A DNA stretch of 64,000 nt from Octopus sinensis (lineage: Eukaryota), in assembly GCF_006345805.1 (NCBI RefSeq), contig NC_043006.1:103292001-103356000 (forward strand), written 5' to 3'. The translations under genes and the position numbers were made by a program. The notes below the pieces were generated by a model. That model was not told the DNA's origin. It made no database searches and worked only from the letters and a program-made list of their open reading frames with translations. Numbering within the stretch: position 1 is the stretch's first letter; every line of letters starts with the position of its first letter. This document shows, piece after piece, positions 53,506-64,000 of the stretch.

Positions 53506-53950
53506 CATAGTATCATGTATAAAAATTTATGACGGCATGAAAAAGTGGTCACGTGATTCCATGTATAGCAGAGTGATGTAGTAGATTTGTTTCCTCGGTA
53601 TCATGTGCTCTCATTATATCTTAGTTTTCTTCAATGGTACAAATATGCCATACACTTCCGACATCTTATCAAATCGGCTCAAATGATGAATCTACATGTA
53701 ACCCTATCTCTCGTCTCTTATCAACGATTATGGTTAGGGCTTGGTTCCTCTCGAAAGAACGACTATTTAGTAAGTATAAAAATGGGATCCGTTTCTATGT
53801 GAGAGTGAACGTGTGTTTGGTTTGTTAAACTGACTGCTTAGTCTTACAGCTAAGATCCTGTTGCGTAATTTTATCTGCGCGAAGATAAGTTACAACGCAT
53901 GTGCACACAATCAGCCACGCGCGCGCACATTCACACACACAAACACAAAC

Positions 53951-53985
<35 letters not shown>

Positions 53986-54963
53986 CACTCTCTCTCTCTC
54001 TTTCTCATTCTCTCACACACACAGACACGCGCATATGCACATGTGTATCTGTATATATACACAAGTATATATGTGTGTTTGTGTGTTTATATATATATAT
54101 ATATACGCTCACACATACGTGTGGATACATAGGGGCGGAGGAAGAAAGCATTTGCTTCCGTAGATATGTGTACTGTAAATATATATACAGATATTTACAC
54201 CCGAAATGAAATAGGGGTACGTGTTTGCACATAAGTACCCATGCAAGCAGCCATACATGCAGGCAGTTATACACATATACATATATTCATTCATGAGAAC
54301 ATATATAAGTGCTCTCTCTCACACACACACATGTATATACACGTGTATACGCATACGAATAAAATGAGTATACTTATATACACAACCTACATACTTATTA
54401 AGTTTAATAAGAAACAAATTGTTGTAATAACATGAGCAATGGGAAATAACTCAAATTGGCTAATGGCGTGAACTTACTGAATTGACGTAAGGGAAGAAGT
54501 AGTGAATGATATGCACAAAAGATTCGTAATTATTTGAAAATTTCGTTCGTAATTAGTACAAAAGAATTAGAAAAAAAACCAAAAAACTCTGTGTAGTTTT
54601 TTAGCGACTCTTAAAGAAAAGATGCTGATTAAAAAAAATAAAGTTCTTTGTAAGAATAACTTATGCGTTTAGAGAGAAAATTTGATCTTTGTTATAAAGG
54701 AATGTGACTTCAATTATGAACAGGTTGCTAGAGGTTCGCTAGCAATATACCAGCAGGTTTTGTTTCTCGAGGCAAAGGCAGAAATTTTCAGTTTAGTAAA
54801 AAAAAAACTAAAAATAACGAAACAGTTGTGGATGTCATTCAGTAAACTATGCGTTAAGTTATTTAATTAAATTTGTAGTTTTGGGCCTAATTCAGCTAGT
54901 TCCCTTTACTACATTGTATTTTCATACTGATGCAAAACAATACAAGCCACGAAATCTTTGTAC

Positions 54964-55405
54964 GGATCTTTTCGGTTTGAACGGCAGTTTTTCTTCTAGC
55001 GGTGTCATATGAAATTGTCACCCTAGAAGTTATGACCCTATAATCGATCTATTGCATTTCAATCTATTTTAGGTTTAGGGTTAGTTAGGGTTAGGTTTAG
55101 GGTTAGGTGCGGGGGAAGGGTATCTTTTTTCTTCACAAATGTAAATAAAACCAATCTGTTTCTTAAACAAGGGACATATTCATACGGCATAGAATGCTTT
55201 TTAATTCAATAGACATCACTGATTGGTTGAAATTGCAGAAATTGAAGAAAAAACAACAACAAATATCTTACAACCTATAGAATTTTCTCAATAAAGCCAA
55301 GACAAAAATATGTTTTATAAACACATTCTACCAGTATACGAAGTTTAAAATTTTTTAGTTACGTAGAACTTATATTAAAAACTGCCGTTCAAACCGAAAA
55401 GATCC
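54964..55405 (+). mobile_element. TTAGGG-carrying MITE, copy 3
   Basis: Intact TIRs; perfect 8-bp TSD CTTTGTAC (54956-63 / 55406-13). Confidence 0.95.
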
Positions 55406-56944
55406 CTTTGTACTTTTCAATATAACTTTCGTCATTTCCGTACGTTTCAGAATTTTACGCTACAGGTACGTAGGTTCGGGTTCAAGTTCACTATGCGGTA
55501 ACTTTGGAATATCTTTTCGACTATAGCTCCGGGCTAAGCAACACACTGTCAGGAAATTTACTAAACGGAAACCTCGTACGAATTCATGTTTCTAATTCAG
55601 CTTTCGACAACCGATACTGGCTTGTTTACGTCCCTGTAACTTAGCTGTTCACCAATGTTACTGACGGTAGAAATATCAGGCATAACATTAGTTAAAGGCG
55701 AAGCTCCAAAGTGGCTGTTGCCCGATAATTGTCCAAAGTATGAAAGTCAACGATTCGAAGAATATTAAATAAAGTTGATTAATCAGAGGTTAACACTGTT
55801 TCACTGACGAAGCCCAGTAAAACCGAAACATGTCAGTTAAGTCTTCTAACATGTGCACTTTCTAGAAAGAGAATAAAAATACTGCATTTGTAAATATTCC
55901 CTGAATATTTAATACCCGTGAAGATTTCGTTAACGTTAAACGTATTTGATAATTCTGGATATTCTTGTTAGCTTTCAGCACCCTCGTTACCACTGAATAG
56001 CTCGATAAATACATTACATTGAACATTTTGATTTAATACAAGGAGGTTACATTACTCTCTGTTGACTAATATTGTTATTATCCCCCCTCTTTCTCTCTCT
56101 TTCTCTCTCTCTGTATATATATATATATTTCTAATTATTATTTGAGGGAATATAAATATATATACATATATATATTTCTAATTATTATTTGAGGGAATAT
56201 AAATCCAAACTTACAGGGAAAAAAAATTCAATTTAGGAATACTAAATCAAATTTATCCAATATAATATATATATAAAAAATTTGAAAAAAAACCCCACCA
56301 TTTATTAATTCAAAATGAACAATCAGATTATACCATTCAGAAAATTACATATAATAGAAATATTAAAATTAAAATAACAATAAAATTTCAATGATTAAGT
56401 AAATTGCAAAAAAATAATAAAAGTAATAATATATTTCTAATTAAGTTTTTAATACTCACTCCTATAAATATACATATGTAACACTAACTTGTCTATAATT
56501 TTTAATACGGATGGCATCTCTGAAGCATACCATCGTTAAAATGTCCTCTTATTATCCTGTGTCAACAAATGTATAATTTTGATTCCTGATGATCTTATTT
56601 AGATTCATATCTCTCACCCTCATCGATCAAACGGACTGAGTTTTCTCCTGTTAATTAACTGCTATGTTGGAGTCATAAATTAATCAGCGCTTCACGCTAG
56701 CGAAGGAATTGTCATTCATCTGAAATATGTGTTTGTAAAACACTAAATTGTGCTCTTTGCACTCTATATTTTTTTTACAGAAAACTAATGAGTTACTATA
56801 ATTGTTATAGAATCAAAATATTGTTTGTTATCAATAAATTTGGTCGGAATACTTTGGGCTAAAACGTTATAGCTTTTTCTCTAGCCAAACATATCCTTTC
56901 TACTATAGGCATATGGCCTGGGATTTTGCGGGGACGGGACTAAT

Positions 56945-57106
56945 GGATTAAATCGAACCAGTGCGTAACTGATACTTAATTTGTCGACCCCAAAAGGATG
57001 AAAGGCAAAGTCGACTTCAGCGAAATTTGAACTCAGAACGTATCGACGGGCGAAGTACCGCAAAGCATTTCGTCCAGCTTGCTAACGACTCTACCAGTTC
57101 ACTGCC
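56945..57106 (-). mobile_element. SINE family A, diverged
   Basis: CCAGTGCGTAACT...GGATGAAAGGCAAAGTCGAC...TTTGAACTCAGAACG. Confidence 0.8.
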
Positions 57107-57454
57107 TTCAGTGAACTAAACATATCGACGCAGACAAATACTCTTCGAATTTTATAAGCCAATAAAACGTTCAGCGTTTTATCATGTTTTATCCAGCAAC
57201 CGTTTGGTTCCTTTATCAAGACTGTAAAAAAAAACATGTTGCATGAAAGAAAAGGGGTTCGGTTAAATCGATTTGGTGCACGAATATTTATTTTGTCGAT
57301 TGTGCCGAAGCGGTGAGGGAAGTAAGGGCGACTTCCTAAACATATGACCTCAATGCGTTAAGTGACTGACAAACATTGTGCCATTATCTCGATCTTCTCC
57401 TCTTTCTGGTTTCTCCCACATTTATCAGATGCAAGTTAAACCCTTCGTCTGGTA

Positions 57455-57796
57455 CAGTGACTCTCTACTGGGAACCATATGGCCCCTAAAGGTCCTTATA
57501 AGATTTTGGGGCTGCATGCAACAAAAAACAAATTGGGGATCCTCAATAGTACTTTAAGGACCCTTGAAAAAATGTTGCTTTAGATGTACGTATTAATATG
57601 TACTGCAAGAAACAGCTCGGTATCTTTCTCTATACTTTTACATTGCTTAACTTACACATGTTCATGTGTAAAAAAACAGCATTGGAATTTTGAAGGAAGT
57701 TTATATAAAACTAGTTTTGAAACATCGAATGTGTGTGTATGGGGAGGGCACCAGAATAAAAGGGGTCCACAGATAGAAAATGGTTGAGAACCCCTG
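57455..57796. mobile_element. hAT-like MITE
   Basis: Ends CAGTGACTCTCTAC / GTTGAGAACCCCTG; 8-bp TSD GTCTGGTA / GTCTAGTA. Confidence 0.7.
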
Positions 57797-57859
57797 GTCT
57801 AGTACATGACTAAAGTGTTTGAAGCAAACATCCTAAGTCACATGGTACCCCTTATGCAC

Positions 57860-58246
57860 CGACTACCATCATTATTGACATCATCTGAGTGGCCTAGTGG
57901 TTTGGCTCACAATCATAATGCCGTGGGTTCAAATCCTGGTCTGGGCGCTGCATTGTGTATTTTAGCAAGGACTTCACTTCATGTTACTCAAGTCTACTCA
58001 ACTCAATATGAGTGACCGGTGGAGTGTTAGAATAGTATACTTTCTCTCTAGGGGCACATCGGGGATGTGATAGTTGGAGGGAAAGAATGCTGTCCTAGCA
58101 CTCCAGTTGTACTCATATTGAGTTGAGTAGACTTGAGCAACGTGAAAGATACAACGCGCCACCCACACCTGGATTTGAACCCACGGCATTGTGATTGTGA
58201 TACAAACCACTAGGCCACTCAAATGTCGTTGATAATGATGTTAGTC
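57860..58246. repeat. Inverted duplication of a tRNA-head SINE 5' part plus its flank
   Basis: TGAGTGGCCTAGTGGTTTG...GGGTTCAAATCC...CTCAAGTCTACTCAACTCAATATGAGT on plus is mirrored on minus; ~65-bp spacer. Confidence 0.9.
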
Positions 58247-58399
58247 GCCTTAAGCAGTCCGAGAAGGAGGGTTCCGAAAGTTTTTGCTGAACAATCTGCA
58301 CAAATGATCTCTTTATAGTGATGAAATATTTGTGCTGCACATTTGTTCACACCTCCATCAAAAAGATGTTGTCTGAACTGGTGTATGCTGTACCACACA

Positions 58400-58520
58400 T
58401 CAGGTGTCGAAGTGATCGCAAGGCAACGTGGAATGAAGTGCTTTACTCAAGAAAACAACGCCACGCGGTCCAGGAACCGGTCGTAAGTGCAACAGCCTAG
58501 CCTCTAGGCTACATGCCCTC
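58400..58520 (-). mobile_element. SINE family C-like fragment
   Basis: GCAACGTGGAATGAAGTGCTTTACTCAAGAAAACAACGC is the reverse of the family C central domain. Confidence 0.6.
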
Positions 58521-58555
58521 ACCTTATGTCGATAATAAATATTCACTAAAGGGAA

Positions 58556-58776
58556 GGCGGCGAGCTGACAGAAACGTTAGCACGCCGGGCGAAATGCGTA
58601 GCCGTATTTCTTCTGCCGCTACGTCCTGGGTTCAAATTCCGCCGGTGTCGGGTTTGCTTTTTATCCTTTCCTGATCGATAAATTAAGTAACAGTTACGCA
58701 CTGGGGTCAACTTAATCCCTTTGTCTGTCCTTGTTTGTCCCCTCTGTGTTTAGCCCCTTGTGGGTAGTAAAGAAAG
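58556..58776 (+). mobile_element. SINE family A with ~17-bp imperfect TSD
   Basis: AAATATTCACTAAAGGG / AAATATTCTATAAAGGG. Confidence 0.9.
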
Positions 58777-58836
58777 AAATATTCTATAAAGGGCGAAAGC
58801 GTTCATGGTTACAAATTTTTTTTTAACAAACAACTA

Positions 58837-59277
58837 GGATCTTTTCGGTTTGAACGGCAGTTTTTAACATAATTTCTAGGTAACTAAAAAAATTTAAACT
58901 TCGTATACTGGTAGAATGTGTTTTTAAAACATCTTTTTCTCTTAGCTTTATTGGAAAAATTCTATAGTTTGTAAGATATTTGTAGGTTTTTTCTTCAATT
59001 TCTGCAATTTGAACCAATCACTGACGTCTATTGAGGTATAAAAAACATTCTGTGCCGTATGAATATGTCCCTCGTTAAAGAAACAGATTGGTTTTATTTA
59101 CATTTGTGAAGAAAAAAGATACCCTTCCCCCACCCCTAACCCTAATCCTAACCACCCTAACTAACCCTAACCTTAAAACAGTTTGAAATGCAATAGATCG
59201 ATACTAGGGTCATAATTATGGGTGACAATTTCATATGACACCGCTAGAAAAAACTGCCGTTCAAACCGAAAAGATTC
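58837..59277 (-). mobile_element. TTAGGG-carrying MITE, copy 4 (reverse orientation)
   Basis: TIRs present; CCCTAA tract 59134-59175; no TSD seen. Confidence 0.92.
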
Positions 59278-59646
59278 GATTTGCTTAATACATCCATACG
59301 TCTGTAATGGATTCGAGAGCGGAAGACCTGGTGGATTTGTACCGGATACTACTAAGATAGTAGTCTGAACTCGGTAGTTTAGTGACTAAGCCACACGCAT
59401 TGTCTACTTCAACAACATGCTAATCAGCTGACATCTACCACACATACACACACGTACGCGCGCACACACGCTCACACATACACATACACACACAGAGTTC
59501 ATTAAAATATTTTGTACACAAAAAGAGACACGAAAAAAATTCCTGCCGAATGTTTTTTTACTTCTTTCGTTTTATTTTTGACGAAAACATTACACTCTCG
59601 TCTCAAAGCATCTATCCGCCTATCTGTGTGTCTGTCCATATGTATG

Positions 59647-59728
<82 letters not shown>

Positions 59729-60189
59729 CATGTACGTATGGATGCCTCTATGTCTGCCTGTTTGCTTGCCTTCTTGCCTGCCTGCCTGTCTGTCTGTGTG
59801 TCTGTCAGTCTCATTCGATCAAATTATCTCTGCACATATGTGCGTCTTCTCTTTTCACCATTCTTCATTGTCCAAAACACAGCATTTAATTGACAGACAG
59901 AAAAATTAGTCGACTAATATTTATTTATTCATTTATTTTTATGGCTATTCTTTTTATTTTTATTTTTCCTTCTTCGAATTAGGTCAATCGACGTGTTAAC
60001 GGAATTAAAGTTCGTTTGTATGGTTACAGTGTGTATGTGCGTGCGTATGTATTGTGTGTGTGTTACTATATATGTATACGTGAGTATGTGACAGTTGAAA
60101 TGTATTCCTGTGTTAATGTATGTGTCACTGCGTGTATGTTAATTTATGTATGAATGTATGATTGACACTGTGTATATGACTGAGTTCAG

Positions 60190-60201
60190 ATGTATGTGTA
60201 T

Positions 60202-60270
<69 letters not shown>

Positions 60271-60296
60271 TCATACATATATATATATATATATAC

Positions 60297-60328
<32 letters not shown>

Positions 60329-60339
60329 ATATATATATA

Positions 60340-60387
<48 letters not shown>

Positions 60388-60560
60388 TATAATATATACA
60401 TATATATATATATATACGTATATATATATATGTATATATATATATCTCATACATATATATATATATATATAATACATATATATATATATATATATATCAT
60501 ACATATATATATATATATATATATACATATATATATGTGTATATATATATACATATATAT
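60190..60560. repeat. Long (TA)n microsatellite, followed by degenerate TG-rich DNA to ~61150
   Basis: Direct reading. Confidence 0.95.
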
Positions 60561-61454
60561 ATAAGCGTGTCTTTGTGCATATGTGTGTTACAGTATATGT
60601 GATTGTTGACGTGTGTCTATTGCTTGTGTGTGTGTACGTGTGTATATGCGTGTGGTTATGTATGTGCGTGTTAATGTGTGTGACTGCTTCGGTATATGTG
60701 TGATTGTGTTAAAATGTGTGTACATCTCAATGTATCCACGTACAAATGAGTAGAATGCTATGTGTGCCTGTGGGAGCTTATGTTTTAATGAGATGCTTGC
60801 GTGTGCGTGTTACTCTGTGACTGTGTTAAAATATGTCTGTGTTAAAATGTGTGTCTATGTGTGTGAGAGCGAGAGAGTAAGAGAGAAAGAGAGAGTGTGC
60901 ATGTGTGTGTGTGTGGCTGTGTATATGCGTGTAAGTTATTCAATACTTGTGAAAAATTGTTAATAATTGTGCGTTATTGTATGCGCGAGCATATTTTAAT
61001 AGATGTGTTAGAGTGTTTGTGTGTGTTCGTGCGCGTATTTGTACGTGTGTATATGTATGCGTGTGTGTGTATGTACGTGTATTACCATATGTATTTGAGA
61101 GAGTCTATGTCACTGTATGCCTCTGTGAACGCGTATTGCTGAACACATATATCTTTAACAATGTATGGGCGATTATGTTGATTTAAAGTTCTGCTTAGAA
61201 AATTGGTTCAATTAACATTAAGGAACAACACATCTGAGTCACAGCGTGTCATCCTCAGGGACCGAAAATCGGCAGAACATGATCTTTGTTGTAAGTTAGC
61301 TTCGGAGGAAATACAAGGAACACAATGAAGATTTGTTTGTTATATTTGTTGATCTATTTTAATAAGTAACCTGTGTATCGGGGTTTCACAAATGTTAGTT
61401 ACCCACTGATGTTCGTGAATGGACCAAATCAGTTCCACAGAGTTATGATCCTAG

Positions 61455-62110
61455 CTGTTACACGATGGCTCAAATTTGAACCTTTCAGCGCAAAATGAAT
61501 TCAGACAAGTTTGCGTGTTAGCACCTATTCTCTTTTATAATTTCTTTGTATTTATTTCTCCACTGAAATGCATAACGACTAAAAGGGTGGTGACCGCGTC
61601 TTTAAATTTGCACTTCACGGTGAACGTTTTGGATTACCGAAATTTGAGGCTAATCACGAAACTAGGATCAGAATTGCAGTATGCTGTTAAATGTACACTG
61701 GTTGTTCACGCTTTAGAAGACCTACATGCCATCATCACGGCCAGTTGATACCGGTTCATAAAAGGATGGGCCTGTCATGCGTTCAGCACAACAGAAACAA
61801 TTGATCAGACAATCTCTATTCAGATATCAAAGCCAGCACAATTCTCGGTATCATCTCTCTAGCAGAAGAGGTCCTAAGCTACCTTTGATGTGACTCTGTA
61901 TCATTTGGCACATTCAGGCGGAGCGTCTTTTCAGAGAATTATCGCATCGTCAGTAATTGAGGGCAGGAAAAAGATAATATACGTACGTCACATTAAGGTT
62001 TACAGAAATTATGGCATCCAATGTCTACAGAAAATGTCTGCCTCCTTGTGAGGTAGATTTAGCTTCACAAATATGCGCCGTCGAATCAACATCTCCAGCA
62101 AAGAACCCAC
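61455..62110 (+). mobile_element. RTE/BovB-like RT remnant
   Basis: QNEFRQVCVLAPILF and ELQYAVKCTLVVHALEDL resemble NGVKQGCVLAPTLF and ELLFADDCAL.AH..EDL. Confidence 0.7.
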
Positions 62111-62149
62111 AATGTACAGACATCGACTGAAATAATGTATCTGTATTTT

Positions 62150-62518
62150 AAAACTCTTTTACTCTTTTACTCTTTTACTTGTTTCAGTCATTTGACTGTG
62201 GCCATGCTGGAGTACCACTTTTAGTCGAGAAAATCGACCCCAATACTTATTCTATCAGTCTTTTTGCTGAACCGCTAAGTTACGGGGACGTAACACACCA
62301 GCATCGGTTTTCAAGCGATGTTGGGGGGGAGACAAACACAGACACACAAACATATACATACGCATACGTATATATAAATATATACAGTCTTCTATATACG
62401 ACGGGATTCTTTCAGTTTCCGTCTACCAAATCCACTCACAAGGCTTTGGTCAGGCGAGGCTATAGCAGAAAACACTTGCCCAAGATGCCACGCAGTGGGA
62501 CTGAACCCGGAACCACAT
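62150..62518 (-). mobile_element. SINE family B, well preserved
   Basis: (CTCTTTTA)n tail, GACTGTGGCCATGCTGGAG, CCGCTAAGTTACGGGGACG, CAGTTTCCGTCTACCAAATCC, GGGACTGAACCCGG. Confidence 0.9.
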
Positions 62519-62822
62519 TATAAAAGTGTTCTTTATTGACATGAGTCTAGAATTTGAAATTTTGACTTGGTCTCCAATTATTCAGCTTGAGCGCGGGCAT
62601 TCAAAGTTTTTGGCTAGCAATGAAGAGAAAACAAAAAAAAAACAAGCTACATAACTTCTGTAACGTACATTTATTTAAATATTACATAAAATGTAAATGT
62701 TTAGTGACATCTAAATGATGATGTAGATTTAAGGAACAGTGTTAGCATTACTTTACATACGTGCATCCATGCATACATATATATGTATAAGCCTATATTT
62801 GTACATATATATATATATATTA

Positions 62823-62855
<33 letters not shown>

Positions 62856-62967
62856 CGGGTAAATCGGTATATACATACATTTACATATATTCATATGTGT
62901 ATATATAAATATATATATATATATATGCTTACTTACTTGGAAATTTATATTTATATTATTATTATTA

Positions 62968-62999
<32 letters not shown>

Positions 63000-64000
63000 T
63001 ATTATTATTATTATATATGTAAAAATACCCATTAAAGTCACAAGATCTCATTTCTTCTACCGAAAACATCATATAGTTATTGCTTATAAACAAACGACTC
63101 TTCATTTCTGTCTTATTTCGTGATGTTCTTTATAATATAAGCTCAAATGATTATATGTCGCAGCTATTTTTGAGTAGTTGTTAAAAGTATTTTTACAGAA
63201 TAAAATAGAAAGACAATCTAAAAGAAAAAAAAGACGGTAGAATATACAAAAATAAAAATATAATAAAGGAAAAAATGTAAACGAAATTTAGTTTCAATAA
63301 GCGGTCTAGGAATGAGAGGAATAAATTTCCATTCTTAAACTTATGAATTTCTACTTGATAAATGATACGAATCACACCGTTCTGTTATTTCATTTTATTT
63401 TATCTGTTTTCTTAATAAATCGAAACGAAAATAAACAAAGATATACGCAAATTTTAAATAAGAAAAAGGCAGCCCACCACCATTTTATTGGGAAATAACA
63501 TTTTATTTTAATAAATAGAATTCAATCTGTATTCACTCTGTCTTTTTGTACAATTTTAGTTATATTTCATAATAATAACAAATGGAAACAAAAAAAAGTC
63601 AATTGCATGAGGTTATCTTAATGAGTTATCTTAGAAATGGTGATAATCCATATTGTTTTCACAGGAGTGAATGCCTAGCTTTCTTGTCGGATAGTTTGTA
63701 TTGAGAGTGGTTTTTAATAGCTTTATCTGAATCAATTTTGGGGTTTGATCTCAGAAGTGCAACCTTCAAGGAAACACACATTCGTTATACAAATAACAAT
63801 AACGGTATATTGTTTTGATATATGGAACTTTCACAGCTAAGAGAAATTTTTACGTTATTATTTTATCTTTCCCGAGAGACTGAACAGTGACGTTGATTTT
63901 CACTGAATCTAATATATCTTTTGCTCAAGATATGTCCCTCATATCTTTCTCTATAAATTTAGAAATCTCCCTATAAAACTAATCCTGATGTTTGAATTCT

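Overview
AT-rich, repeat-saturated eukaryotic genomic DNA. The SINE families, microsatellite load and transposon mix resemble what I recall of Octopus genomes; this taxonomic call is inference, not a database result. I cannot support any host protein-coding gene, rRNA, true tRNA or CRISPR array, so the window looks intergenic or deep-intronic. Recognisable coding sequence is all transposon-derived and mostly decayed: several Tc1/mariner remnants (including maT/DD37D-like), Penelope-like elements (best preserved at 18.0-20.5 kb), RTE/BovB-like, CR1-like and R4/Dong-like (RLE) LINE fragments, three tRNA-head SINE families, Helitron/Helentron-type non-autonomous elements and MITEs. Most long ORFs in the track are microsatellite artefacts. 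The most notable structure is (i) four copies of a ~430-bp MITE with GG-ended TIRs and 8-bp TSDs that carries a variable TTAGGG tract and (ii) an unusual density of fold-back or palindromic structures (2.4-3.2, 4.7-5.4, 8.4-8.7, 9.7-9.9, 36-37.3, 57.9-58.2 kb). All alignments were done by eye, and element boundaries are approximate unless TIRs or TSDs are quoted.
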